Below are positions 12,001 through 24,200 of a stretch of DNA of 64,000 bases, one piece after another. This DNA comes from Eledone cirrhosa. Taxonomy: Eukaryota. Position numbers and translations under genes: made by a program. Position 1 is the stretch's first letter; every line of letters begins with the position of its first letter. Below the pieces are notes generated by a model, which saw only the letters and a list, made by a program, of their open reading frames with translations, was not told the origin of the DNA and searched no databases. The stretch lies in assembly GCA_964016885.1 (NCBI GenBank), contig OZ024744.1, positions 4,898,001 to 4,962,000 of the forward strand, in the 5' to 3' direction.

Positions 12001-15000
12001 TATCTATCTTGGTAGACAGTGGTGTTGGTAGCAGAGGTCTATGTTGGTAGACAGTGGTGTTGGTAGCAGAGGTCTATCTTGGTAGTCAGTGGTGTTGGTA
12101 GCAGAGGTCTATCTTGGTAGACAGTGGTGTTGGTAGCAGAGGTCTATCTTGGTAGACAGTGGTGTTGGTAGCAGAGGTCTATGTTGGTAGAAAGTGAGGT
12201 TGGTAGCAGAGGTCTATGTTGGTAGACAGTGGTGTTGGTAGCAGAGGTCTATCTTGGTAGACAGTGGTGTTGGTAGAAGAGGTCTATGTTGGTAGACAGT
12301 GAGGTTGGTAGCAGAGGTCTATCTTGGCAGACAGTGAGGTTGGTAGCAGAGGTCTATGTTGGTAGACAGTGGTGTTGGTAGCAGAGGTCTATGTTGGTAG
12401 ACAGTGGTGTTGGTAGCAGAGGTCTATCTTGGTAGACAGTGGTGTTGGTAGCAGAGGTCTATCTTGGTAGACAGTGGTTTTGGTAGCAGAGGTCTATATT
12501 GGTAGACAGTGGTGTTGGTAGTAGAGGTCTATCTTGGTAGACAGTGGTGTTGGTAGCAGATGTCTATCTTGGTAGACAGTGGTGTTGGTAGCAGAGGTCT
12601 ATCTTGGTAGACAGTGGTGTTGGTAGCAGAGGTCTATATTGGTAGACAGTGGTGTTGGTAGCAGAGGTCTATCTTGGTAGACAGTGTTGTTGGTAGCAGA
12701 GGTCTATCTTGGTAGACAGTGGTGTTGGTAGCAGACATCTATCTTGGTAGACAGTGGTGTTGGTAGCAGATGTCTATCTTGGTAGACAGTGGTGTTGGTA
12801 GCAGAGGTCAATCTTGGTAGGCAGTGGTGTTGGTAGCAGAGGTCTATCTTGGTAGACAGTGGTGTTGGTAGCAGAGGTCTATGTTGGTAGACAGTGGTGT
12901 TGGTAACAGAGGTCTATCTTGGTAGACAGTGGTGTTGGAAGCAGAGGTCTATCTTGGTAGACAGTGGTGTTGGTAGCAGAGGTCTATCTTGGTAGACAGT
13001 GGTGTTAGTAGCAGAGGTCTATATTGGTAGACAGTGGTGTTGGTAGCAGATGTCTATCTTGGTAGACAGTGGTGTTGGTAGCAGAGGTCTATCCTGGTAG
13101 ACAGTGGTGTTGGTAGCAGAGGTCTATCTTGGTAGACAGTAGTGTTGGTAGCAGAGGTCTATCTTGGTAGACAGTGGTGTTGGTAGCTGAGGTCTAACTT
13201 GGTAGACAGTGGTGTTGGTAGCAGAGGTCTATCTTAGTAGACAGTGGTTTGGTAGCAGAGGTCTACCTTGGTAGACAGTGGTGTCGGTAGCAGAGCTCAA
13301 TCCTGGTAGACAGTGGTGTTGGTAGCAGAGGTCTATCTTGGTAGACAGTGAGGTTGGTAGCAGAGGTCTATGTTGGTAGACAGTGGTGTCGGTAGCAGAG
13401 CTCTATCTTGGTAGACAGTGGTGTTGGTAGCAGAAGTCTATCTTGGTAGACAGTGAGGTTGGGAGCAGAGGTCTATGTTGGTAGACAGTGGTGTTGGTAG
13501 CAGAGGTCTATCTTGGTAGACAGTGGTGTTGGTAGCAGAGGTTTATCTTGGTAGACAGTGGTGTTGGTAGCAGAGGTCTATGTTGGTAGACAGTGGTGTT
13601 GGTAGCAGAGGTATATCTTGGTAGGCAGTGGTGTTGGTAGCAGAGCTCTATCTTGGTAGACAGTGGTGTTGGTAGCAGAGGTCTATCTTGGTAGACAGTG
13701 GTGTTGGTAGCAGAGGTCTTTCTTGGTAGACAGTGGTGTTGGTAGCAGAGGTCTATGTTGGTAGAAAGTGAGGTTGGTAGCAGAGGTCTATCTTGGTAGA
13801 CAGTGAGGGTGGTAGCAGAGGTCTATCTTGGTAGACAGAGGTGTTGGTAGCAGAGGTCTATCTTGGTAGACAGTGAGGTTGGTATCAGAGGTCTATCTTG
13901 GTAGACAGTGAGGTTGGTAGCAGAGGTCTATCTTCGTAGACAGTGAGGTTGGTAGCAGAGGTCTATCTTGGTAGACAGTGGTGTTGGTAGCAGAGGTCTA
14001 TGTTGGTAGACAGTGAGGTTGGTAGCAGAGGTCTATCTTGGTAGACAGTGAAGTTGGTAGCAGAGGTCTATCTTGGTAGACAGTGAGGGTGGTAGCAGAG
14101 GTCTATGTTGGTAGACAGTGGTGTTGGTAGCATAGGTCTATCTTGGTAGACAGTGGTGTTGGTAGCAGAGGTCTATGTTGGTAGACAGTGGTGTTGGTAG
14201 TAGAGGTCTATCTTGGTAGACAGTGGTGTTGGTAGCAGATGTCTATCTTGGTAGACAGTGGTGTTGGTAGCAGAGGTCTATCTTGGTAGACAGTGGTGTT
14301 GGTAGCAAATATCTATCTTGGTAGACAGTGTTGTTGGTAGCAGAGGTCTATGTTGGTAGACAGTGGTGTTGGTAGTAGAGGTCTATCTTGGTAGACAGTG
14401 GTGTTGGTAGGAGATGTCTATCTTGGTAGACAGTGGTGTTGGTAGCAGAGGTCTATCTTGGTAGACAGTGCTGTTGGTAGCAGAGGTTAATCTTGGTAGA
14501 CAGTGGTGTTGGTAGCAGAGGTCTATCTTGGTAGACAGTGGTGTTGGTAGCAGAGGTCTATCTTGGTAGACAGTGGTGTTGGTAGCAGAGGTCTATCTTG
14601 GTAGACAGTGGTGTTGGTAGCAGAGGTCTATGTTGGTAGAAAGTGAGGTTGGTAGCAGAGGTCTATGTTGGTAGACAGTGGTGTTGGTAGCAGAGGTCTA
14701 TCTTGGTAGACAGTGGTGTTGGTAGAAGAGGTCTATGTTGGTAGACAGTGAGGTTGGTAGCAGAGGTCTATCTTGGCAGACAGTGAGGTTGGTAGCAGAG
14801 GTCTATCTTGGTAGACAGTGGTGTTGGTAGCAGAGGTCTATCTTGGTAGACAGTGAAGTTGGTAGCAGATGTCTATCTTGGTAGACAGTGGTGTTGGTAG
14901 CAGAGATCTATCTTGGTAGACAGTGAGGTTGGTAGCAGAGGTCTATCTTGGTAGACAGTGGTGTTGGTAGCAGAGGTCTATCTTGGTAGACAGTGGTGTT

Positions 15001-17100
15001 GGTAGCAGAGGTCTATGTTGGTAGACAGTGGTGTTGATAGCAGAGGTTAATCTTGGTAGACAGTGGTGTTGGTAGCAGAGGTCTATCTTGGTAGACAGTG
15101 GTGTTGGTAGCAGAGGTCTATCTTGGTAGACAGTGGTGTTGGTAGCAGAGGTCTATGTTGGTAGACAGTGGTGTTTGTAGCAGAGGACTATGTTGGTAGA
15201 CAGTGGTGTTGGTAGCAGAGGTCTATCTTGGTAGACATTGAGGTTGGTAGCAGAGGTCTATCTTGGTAGACAGTGGTGTTGGTAGCAGAGATCTATGTTG
15301 GTAGACAGTGGTGTTGGTAGCAGAGGTCTATCTTAGTAGACAGTGGTGTTGGTAGCAGAGGTCTATCTTGGTAGACAGTGAAGTTGGTAGCAGAGGTCTA
15401 TCTTGGTAGACAGTGAGGTTGGTAGCAGAGGTCTATCTTGGTAGACAGTGGTGTTGGTAGCAGAGGTATATCTTGGTAGACAGTGAGGTTGGTAACAGAT
15501 ATCTATCTTGGTAGACATTGGTGTTCGTAGCAGAGGTCTATGTTGGTAGACAGTGGTGTTGGTAGCAAAGGTCTATCTTGGTAGTCAGTGGTGTTGGTAG
15601 CAGAGGTCTATCTTGGTAGACAGTGGTGTTGGTAGCAGAGGTCTATCTTGGTAGACAGTGGTGTTGGTAGCAGAGGTCTATGTTGGTAGACAGTGAGGTT
15701 GCTAGCAGAGGTCTATCTTGGTAGACAGTGGTGTTGGTAGCAGAGGTCTATCTTGGTAGACAGTGGTGTTGGTATAAGAGGTCTATGTTGGTAGACAGTG
15801 AGGTTGGTAGCAGAGGTCTATCTTGGCAGACAGTGAGGTTGGTAGCAGAGGTCTATCTTGGTAGACAGTGGTGTTGGTAGCAGAGGTCTATCTTGGTAGA
15901 CAGTGAGGTTGGTAGCAGATGTCTATCTTGGTAGACAGTGGTGTTGGTAGCAGAGATCTATCTTGGTAGACAGTGAGGTTGGTAGCAGAGGTCTATCTTG
16001 GTAGACAGTGGTGTTGGTAGCAGAGGTCTATCTTGGTAGACAGTGGTGTTGGTAGCAGAGGTCTATGTTGGTAGACAGTGGTGTTGATAGCAGAGGTTAA
16101 TCTTGGTAGACAGTGGTGTTGGTAGCAGAGGTCTATCTTGGTAGACAGTGGTGTTGGTAGCAGAGGTCTATCTTGGTAGACAGTGGTGTTGGTAGCAGAG
16201 GTCTATGTTGGTAGACAGTGGTGTTTGTAGCAGAGGACTATGTTGGTAGACAGTGGTGTTGGTAGCAGAGGTCTATCTTGGTAGACATTGAGGTTGGTAG
16301 CAGAGGTCTATCTTGGTAGACAGTGGTGTTGGTAGCAGAGATCTATGTTGGTAGACAGTGGTGTTGGTAGCAGAGGTCTATCTTAGTAGACAGTGGTGTT
16401 GGTAGCAGAGGTCTATCTTGGTAGACAGTGAAGTTGGTAGCAGAGGTCTATCTTGGTAGACAGTGAGGTTGGTAGCAGAGGTCTATCTTGGTAGACAGTG
16501 GTGTTGGTAGCAGAGGTCTATCTTGGTAGACAGTGAGGTTGGTAACAGAGGTCTATCTTGGTAGACAGTGGTGTTGTAGCAGAGGTCTATCTCGGTAGAC
16601 AGTGAGGTTGGTAGCAGAGGTCTATGCTGGTAGACAGTGGTGTTGGTAGCAGAGGTCTATCTTGGTAGACAGTGGTGTTGGTAGCAGAGGTCTATCTTGG
16701 TAGACAGTGGTGTTGGTAGCAGAGGCCTATGTTGGTAGACAGTGAGGTTGCTAGCAGAGGCCTATCTTGGTAGACAGTGGTGTTGGTAGCAGAGGTCTAT
16801 CTTGGTAGACAGTGAGGTTGGTAACAGATATCTATCTTGGTAGACAGTGGTGTTCGTAGCAGAGGTCTATGTTGGTAGACAGTGGTGTTGGTAGCAAAGG
16901 TCTATCTTGGTAGTCAGTGGTGTTGGTAGCAGAGGTCTATCTTGGTAGACAGTGGTGTTGGTAGCAGAGGTCTATCTTGGTAGACAGTGGTGTTGGTAGC
17001 AGAGGTCTATGTTGGTAGACAGTGAGGTTGCTAGCAGAGGTCTATCTTGGTAGACAGTGGTGTTGGTAGCAGAGGTCTATCTTGATAGACAGTGGTGTTG
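1..17100 (+). repeat. Copy 1 of a large block repeated at +21,239 bp (607 monomers minus 6 nt)
   Basis: Markers: TAGTCAG 11/21250, GGGTGCTTGC 2261/23500, GGTACC 6254/27493. After a 210-bp deletion in copy 2 the offset becomes 21,029 (GGGTGCTTGC 11673/32702, CTTGATAGAC 17081/38110). Confidence 0.92.
850..1570 (+). repeat. ~20-monomer variant cassette (first copy), reused repeatedly in the left 37 kb
   Basis: Ordered variants GTAGAAG, GGCAGAC, GATGTC, GAGATC, GATAGCAGAGGTTAAT, TTTGTAGCAGAGGACT, CATTGAGG, TTAGTAG, GTGAAG. The ATAGCAGAGGTTAAT marker lies at 1181, 5625, 6675 and 8004, and again in the larger duplicates. Confidence 0.88.
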
Positions 17101-17340
17101 GTAGAAGCGGTCTATGTTGGTAGACAGTGAGGTTGGTAGCAGAGGTCTATCTTGGCAGACAGTGAGGTTGGTAGCAGAGGTCTATCTTGGTAGACAGTGG
17201 TGTTGGTAGCAGAGGTCTATCTTGGTAGACAGTGAGGTTGGTAGCAGATGTCTATCTTGGTAGACAGTGGTGTTGGTAGCAGAGATCTATCTTGGTAGAC
17301 AGTGAGGTTGGTAGCAGAGGTCTATCTTGGTAGACAGTGG
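9413..17340 (+). repeat. Higher-order copy of 1-~7,930 at +9,412 bp (269 monomers minus 3 nt)
   Basis: Markers: GGGTGCTTGC 2261/11673, AGAAGCGG 7691/17103, one-base deletions ~3836/~13248 and ~7164/~16576. Confidence 0.92.
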
Positions 17341-20300
17341 TGTTGATAGCAGAGGTTAATCTTGGTAGACAGTGGTGTTGCTAGCAGAGGTCTATCTTGG
17401 TAGACAGTGGTGTTGGTAGCAAAGGTCTATGTTGGTAGACAGTGAGGTTGGTAGCAGCGGTCTATCTTGGTAGACAGTGGTGTTGGTAGCAGAGGTCTAT
17501 GTTGGTAGACAGTGGTGTTGGTAGCAGAGGTATATCTTGGTAGGCAGTGGTGTTGGTAGCAGAGCTCTATCTTGGTAGACAGTGGTGTTGGTAGCAGAGG
17601 TCTATCTTGGTAGACAGTGGTGTTGGTAGCAGAAGTCTATCTTGGTAGACAGTGGTGTTGGTTGCAGAGGTCTATCTTGGTAGACAGTGGTGTTGGTAGC
17701 AGAGGTCTATGTTTGTAGACAGTGAGGTTGGTAGCAGAGGTCTATGCTGGTAGACAGTGGTGTTGGTAGCAGAGGTCTATCTTGGTAGACAGTGGTGTTG
17801 GTAGCAGAGGTCTATCTTGGTAGACAGTGGTGTTGGTAGCAGAGGTCTATGTTTGTAGACAGTGAGGTTGCTAGCAGAGGTCTATCTTGGTAGACAGTGG
17901 TGTTGGTAGCAGAGGTCTATCTTGGTAGACAGTGAGGTTGGTATCAGAGGTCTATCTTGGTAGACAGTGGTGTTGGTAGCAGAGGTCTATGTTGGTAGAC
18001 AGTGGTGTTGGTAGCAGAGGTCTATCTTGGTAGATAGTGAGGTTGGTAGTAGAGGTCTATGTTGGTAGACATTGGTGTTGGTAGCAGGGTTCTAACTTGG
18101 TAGACAGTGGTGTTGGTAGCAGAGGTCTATGTTGGTAGACAGTGGTGTTGGTGATAGAGGTCTATCTTGGTAGACAGTGGTGTTGGTAGCAGATGTCTAT
18201 CTTGGTAGACAGTGGTGTTGGTAGCAGAGGTCTAGCTTGGTAGACAGTGGTGTTGGTAGCAGAGGTCGATCTTGGTAGACAGTGGTGTTGGTAGCAGAGG
18301 TCTATCTTGGTAGACAGTGGTGTTGGTAGCAGATGTCTATCTTGGTAGACAGTGGTGTTGGTAGCAGAGATATATCTTGGTAGACAGTGGTGTTGGTAGC
18401 AGAGGTCGATCTTGGTAGACAGTGGTGTTGGTAGCAGAGGTCGATCTTGGTAGACAGTGGTGTTGGTAGCAGAGGTCTATCTTGGTAGACAGTGGTGTTG
18501 GTAGCAGAGGTCTATGTTGGTAGACAGTGGTGTTGGTAGCAGAGGTATATCTTGGTAGGCAGTGGTGTTGGTAGCAGAGCTCTATCTTGGTAGACAGTGG
18601 TGTTGGTAGCAGAGGTCTATCTTGGTAGACAGTGGTGTTGGTAGCAGAGGTCTTTCTTGGTAGACAGTGGTGTTGGTAGCAGAGGTCTATGTTGGTAGAA
18701 AGTGAGGTTGGTAGCAGAGGTCTATCTTGGTAGAAAGTGGTGTTGGTAGGAGAGGTCTATCTTGGTAGACAGTGGTGTTGGTAACAGAGGTCTATCTTGG
18801 TAGACAGTGATGTTGGTAGCAGAGGTCTATATTGGTAGACAGTGGTGTTGGTAGCAGATGTCTATCTTGGTAGACAGTGGTGTTGGTAGCAGAGGTCTAT
18901 CTTGGTAGACAGTGGTGGTGGTAGCAGAGGTCTATCTTGTTAGACAGTGTTGTTGGTAGCAGAGGTCTATCTTAGTAGACAGTGGTGTTGGTAGCAGAGG
19001 TCTATCCTGGTAGACAGTGGTGTTGGTAGCAGAGGTCTATCTTGGTAGACAGTAGTGTTGGTAGCAGAGGTCTATCTTGGTAGACAGTGGTGTTGGTAGC
19101 TGAGGTCTAACTTGGTAGACAGTGGTGTTGATAGCAGAGGTCTATCTTAGTAGACAGTGGTGTTGGTAGCAGAGGTCTACCTTGGTAGACAGTGGTGTCG
19201 GTAGCAGAGCTCTATCCTGGTAGACAGTGGTGTTGGTAGCAGAGGTCTATCTTGGTAGACAGTGAGGTTGGTAGCAGAGGTCTATGTTGGTGGACAGTGG
19301 TGTCGGTAGCAGAGCTCTATCTTGGTAGACAGTGGTGTTGGTAGCAGAAGTCTATCTTGGTAGACAGTGAGGTTGGGAGCAGAGGTCTATGTTGGTAGAC
19401 AGTGGTGTTGGTAGCAGAGGTCTATGTTGGTAGACAGTGGTGTTGGTAGCAGAGGTTAATCTTGGTAGACAGTGGTGTTGGTAGCAGAGGTCTATCTTGG
19501 TAGACAGTGGTGTTGGTAGCAGAGATGTATCTTGGTAGACAGTAGTGTTGGTAGCAGGGGTCTATGTTGGTAGACAGTGGTGTTTGTAGCAGAGGTCTAT
19601 GTTGGTAGACAGTGGTGTTGGAAGCAGAGGTCTATCTTAGTAGACAGTGGTGTTGGTACAGAGGTCTATGTTGGTAGACAGTGAGGTTGGTAGCAGAGGT
19701 CTATATTGGTAGACAGTGAGGTTGGTAGCAGAGGTCTATCTTGGTAGACAGTGAGGTTGGTAGCAGAGCTCTATCTTGGTAGACAGTGGTGTTGGTAGCA
19801 GAGGTCTATCTTGGTAGACAGTGGTGTTGGTAGCAGAGGTTTATCTTGGTAGACAGTGGTGTTGGTAGCAGAGGTCTATGTTGGTAGACAGTGGTGTTGG
19901 TAGCAGAGGTATATCTTGGTAGGCAGTGGTGTTGGTAGCAGAGCTCTATCTTGGTAGACAGTGGTGTTGGTAGCAGAAGTCTATCTTGGTAGACAGTGGT
20001 GTTGGTAGCAGAGGTCTATCTTGGTAGACAGTGGTGTTGCTAGCAGAGGTCTATCTTGGTAGACAGTGGTGTTGGTAGCAAAGGTCTATGTTGGTAGACA
20101 GTGAGGTTGGTAGCAGCGGTCTATCTTGGTAGACAGTGGTGTTGGTAGCAGAGGTCTATGTTGGTAGACAGTGGTGTTGGTAGCAGAGGTATATCTTGGT
20201 AGGCAGTGGTGTTGGTAGCAGAGCTCTATCTTGGTAGACAGTGGTGTTGGTAGCAGAGGTCTATCTTGGTAGACAGTGGTGTTGGTAGCAGAAGTCTATC

Positions 20301-21239
20301 TTGGTAGACAGTGGTGTTGGTTGCAGAGGTCTATCTTGGTAGACAGTGGTGTTGGTAGCAGAGGTCTATCTTGGTAGACAGTGAGGTTGGTATCAGAGGT
20401 CTATCTTGGTAGACAGTGAGGTTGGTAGCAGAGGTCTATGTTGGTAGACAGTGGTGTTGGTAGCATAGGTCTATCTTGGTAGACAGTGGTGTTGGTAGCA
20501 GAGGTCTATGTTGGTAGACAGTGGTGTTGGTAGTAGAGGTCTATCTTGGTAGACAGTGGTGTTGGTAGCAGATGTCTATCTTGGTAGACAGTGGTGTTGG
20601 TAGCAGAGGTCTATCTTGGTAGACAGTGGTGTTGGTAGCAGATATCTATCTTGGTAGACAGTGGTGTTGGTAGCAGAGGTCTATGTTGGTAGACAGTGGT
20701 GTTGGTAGCAGAGGTCTATCTTGGTAGTCAGTGGTGTTGGTAGCAGAGGTCTATCTTGGTAGACAGTGGTGTTGGTAGCAGAGGTCTATGTTGGGAGACA
20801 GTGAGGTTGGTAGCAGAGGTCTATCTTGGTAGACAGTGGTGTTGGTAGCAGAGGTCTATGTTGGTAGACAGTGGTGTTGGTAGCAGAGGTCTATCTTGGT
20901 AGACATTGAGGTTGGTAGCAGAGGTCTATCTTGGTAGACAGTGGTGTTGGTAGCAGAGATCTATGTTGGTAGACAGTGGTGTTGGTAGCAGAGGTCTATC
21001 TTAGTAGACAGTGGTGTTGGTAGCAGAGGTCTATCTTGGTAGACAGTGAAGTTGGTAGCAGAGGTCTATCTTGGTAGACAGTGAGGTTGGTAGCAGAGGT
21101 CTATCTTGGTAGACAGTGGTGTTGGTAGCAGAGGTATATCTTGGTAGACAGTGAGGTTGGTAACAGATATCTATCTTGGTAGACATTGGTGTTCGTAGCA
21201 GAGGTCTATGTTGGTAGACAGTGGTGTTGGTAGCAAAGG

Positions 21240-24200
21240 TCTATCTTGGTAGTCAGTGGTGTTGGTAGCAGAGGTCTATCTTGGTAGACAGTGGTGTTGG
21301 TAGCAGAGGTCTATGTTGGTAGACAGTGGTGTTGGTAATAGAGGTCTATCTTGGTAGACAGTGGTGTTGGTAGCAGATGTCTATCTTGGTAGACAGTGGT
21401 GTTGGTAGCAGAGGTCTATCTTGGTAGACAGTGGTGTTGGTAGGAGAGGTCTAACTTGGTAGACAGTGGTGTTGGTAGCAGAGGTCTATCTTGGTAGAAA
21501 GTGGTGTTGGTAGGAGAGGTCTATCTTGGTAGACAGTGGTGTTGGTAGCAGAGGTCTATCTTGGTAGACAGTGGTGTTGGTAGCAGAGGTCTATATTGGT
21601 AGACAGTGGTGTTGGTAGCAGATGTCTATCTTGGTAGACAGTGGTGTTGGTAGCAGAGGTCTATCTTGGTAGACAGTGGTGGTGGTAGCAGAGGTCTATC
21701 TTGTTAGACAGTGTTGTTGGTAGCAGAGGTCTATCTTAGTAGACAGTGGTGTTGGTAGCAGAGGTCTATCCTGGTAGACAGTGGTGTTGGTAGCAGAGGT
21801 CTATCTTGGTAGACAGTAGTGTTGGTAGCAGAGGTCTATCTTGGTAGACAGTGGTGTTGGTAGCTGAGGTCTAACTTGGTAGACAGTGGTGTTGGTAGCA
21901 GAGGTCTATCTTAGTAGACAGTGGTGTTGGTAGCAGAGGTCTATCTTGGTAGACAGTGGTGTTGGTAGCAGAGGTCTATCTTGGTAGACAGTGGTGTTGG
22001 TAGCAGAGGTCTATGTTGGTAGAAAGTGAGGTTGGTAGCAGAGGTCTATGTTGGTAGACAGTGGTGTTGGTAGCAGAGGTCTATCTTGGTAGACAGTGGT
22101 GTTGGTAGAAGAGGTCTATGTTGGTAGACAGTGAGGTTGGTAGCAGAGGTCTATCTTGGCAGACAGTGAGGTTGGTAGCAGAGGTCTATCTTGGTAGACA
22201 GTGGTGTTGGTAGCAGAGGTCTATCTTGGTAGACAGTGAGGTTGGTAGCAGATGTCTATCTTGGTAGACAGTGGTGTTGGTAGCAGAGATCTATCTTGGT
22301 AGACAGTGAGGTTGGTAGCAGAGGTCTATCTTGGTAGACAGTGGTGTTGGTAGCAGAGGTCTATCTTGGTAGACAGTGGTGTTGGTAGCAGAGGTCTATG
22401 TTGGTAGACAGTGGTGTTGATAGCAGAGGTTAATCTTGGTAGACAGTGGTGTTGGTAGCAGAGGTCTATCTTGGTAGACAGTGGTGTTGGTAGCAGAGGT
22501 CTATCTTGGTAGACAGTGGTGTTGGTAGCAGAGGTCTATGTTGGTAGACAGTGGTGTTTGTAGCAGAGGACTATGTCGGTAGACAGTGGTGTTGGTAGCA
22601 GAGGTCTATCTTGGTAGACATTGAGGTTGGTAGCAGAGGTCTATCTTGGTAGACAGTGGTGTTGGTAGCAGAGATCTATGTTGGTAGACAGTGGTGTTGG
22701 TAGCAGAGGTCTATCTTAGTAGACAGTGGTGTTGGTAGCAGAGGTCTATCTTGGTAGACAGTGAAGTTGGTAGCAGAGGTCTATCTTGGTAGACAGTGAG
22801 GTTGGTAGCAGAGGTCTATATTGGTAGACAGTGAGGTTGGTAGCAGAGGTCTATCTTGGTAGACAGTGAGGTTGGTAGCAGAGCTCTATCTTGGTAGAAA
22901 GTGGTGTTGGTAGCAGAGGTCTATGTTGGTAGACAGTGGTGTTGGTAGCAGAGGTTTATCTTGGTAGACAGTGGTGTTGGTAGCAGAGGTCTATGTTGGT
23001 AGACAGTGGTGTTGGTAGCAGAGGTATATCTTGGTAGGCAGTGGTGTTGGTAGCAGAGCTCTATCTTGGTAGACAGTGGTGTTGGTAGCAGAGGTCTTTC
23101 TTGGTAGACAGTGGTGTTGCTAGCAGAGGTCTATGTTGGTAGAAAGTGAGGTTGGTAGCTGAGGTCTATGTTGGTAGACAGTGGTGCTGGTAGCAGAAGT
23201 CTATCTTGGTAGACAGTGAGGTTGGTATCAGAGGTCTATCTTGGTAGACAGTGGTGTTGGTAGCAGAGGTCTATCTTGGTAGACAGTGGTGTTGGTAGCA
23301 GAGGTCTATCTTGGTAGACAGTGGTGTTGGTAGCAGAGCTCTATCTTGGTAGACAGTGGTGTTGGTAGCAGAGGTCTATCTTGGTAGACAGTGGTGTTGC
23401 TAGCAGAGGTCTATCTTGGTAGACAGTGGTGTTGGTAGCAAAGGTCTATGTTGGTAGACAGTGAGGTTGGTAGCAGAGGTCTATCTTGGTAGACAGTGAG
23501 GGTGCTTGCAGAGGTCTATCTTGGTAGACAGTGGTGTTGGTAGCAGAGGTCTATCTTGGTAGACAGTGAGGTTGGTATCAGAGGTCTATCTTGGTAGACA
23601 GTGAGGTTGGTAGCAGAGGTCTATGTTGGTAGACATTGGTGTTGGTAGCATAGGTCTATCTTGGTAGACAGTGGTGTTGGTAGCAGAGGTCTATGTTGGT
23701 AGACAGTGGTGTTGGTAGTAGAGGTCTATCTTCGTAGACAGTGGTGTTGGTAGCAGATGTCTATCTTGGTAGACAGTGGTGTTGGTAGCAGAGGTCTATC
23801 TTGGTAGACAGTGGTGTTGGTAGCAGATATCTATCTTGGTAGACAGTGGTGTTGGTAGCAGAGGTCTATGTTGGTAGACAGTGGTGTTGGTAGCAGAGGT
23901 CTATCTTGGTAGTCAGTGGTGTTGGTAGCAGAGGTCTATCTTGGTAGACAGTGGTGTTGGTAGCAGAGGTCTATCTTGGTAGACAGTGGTGTTGGTAGCA
24001 GAGGTCTATGTTGGTAGAAAGTGAGGTTGGTAGCAGAGGTCTATGTTGGTAGACAGTGGTGTTGGTAGCAGAGGTCTATCTTGGTAGACAGTGGTGTTGG
24101 TAGAAGAGGTCTATGTTGGTAGACAGTGAGGTTGGTAGCAGAGGTCTATCTTGGCAGACAGTGAGGTTGGTAGCAGAGGTCTATGTTGGTAGACAGTGGT

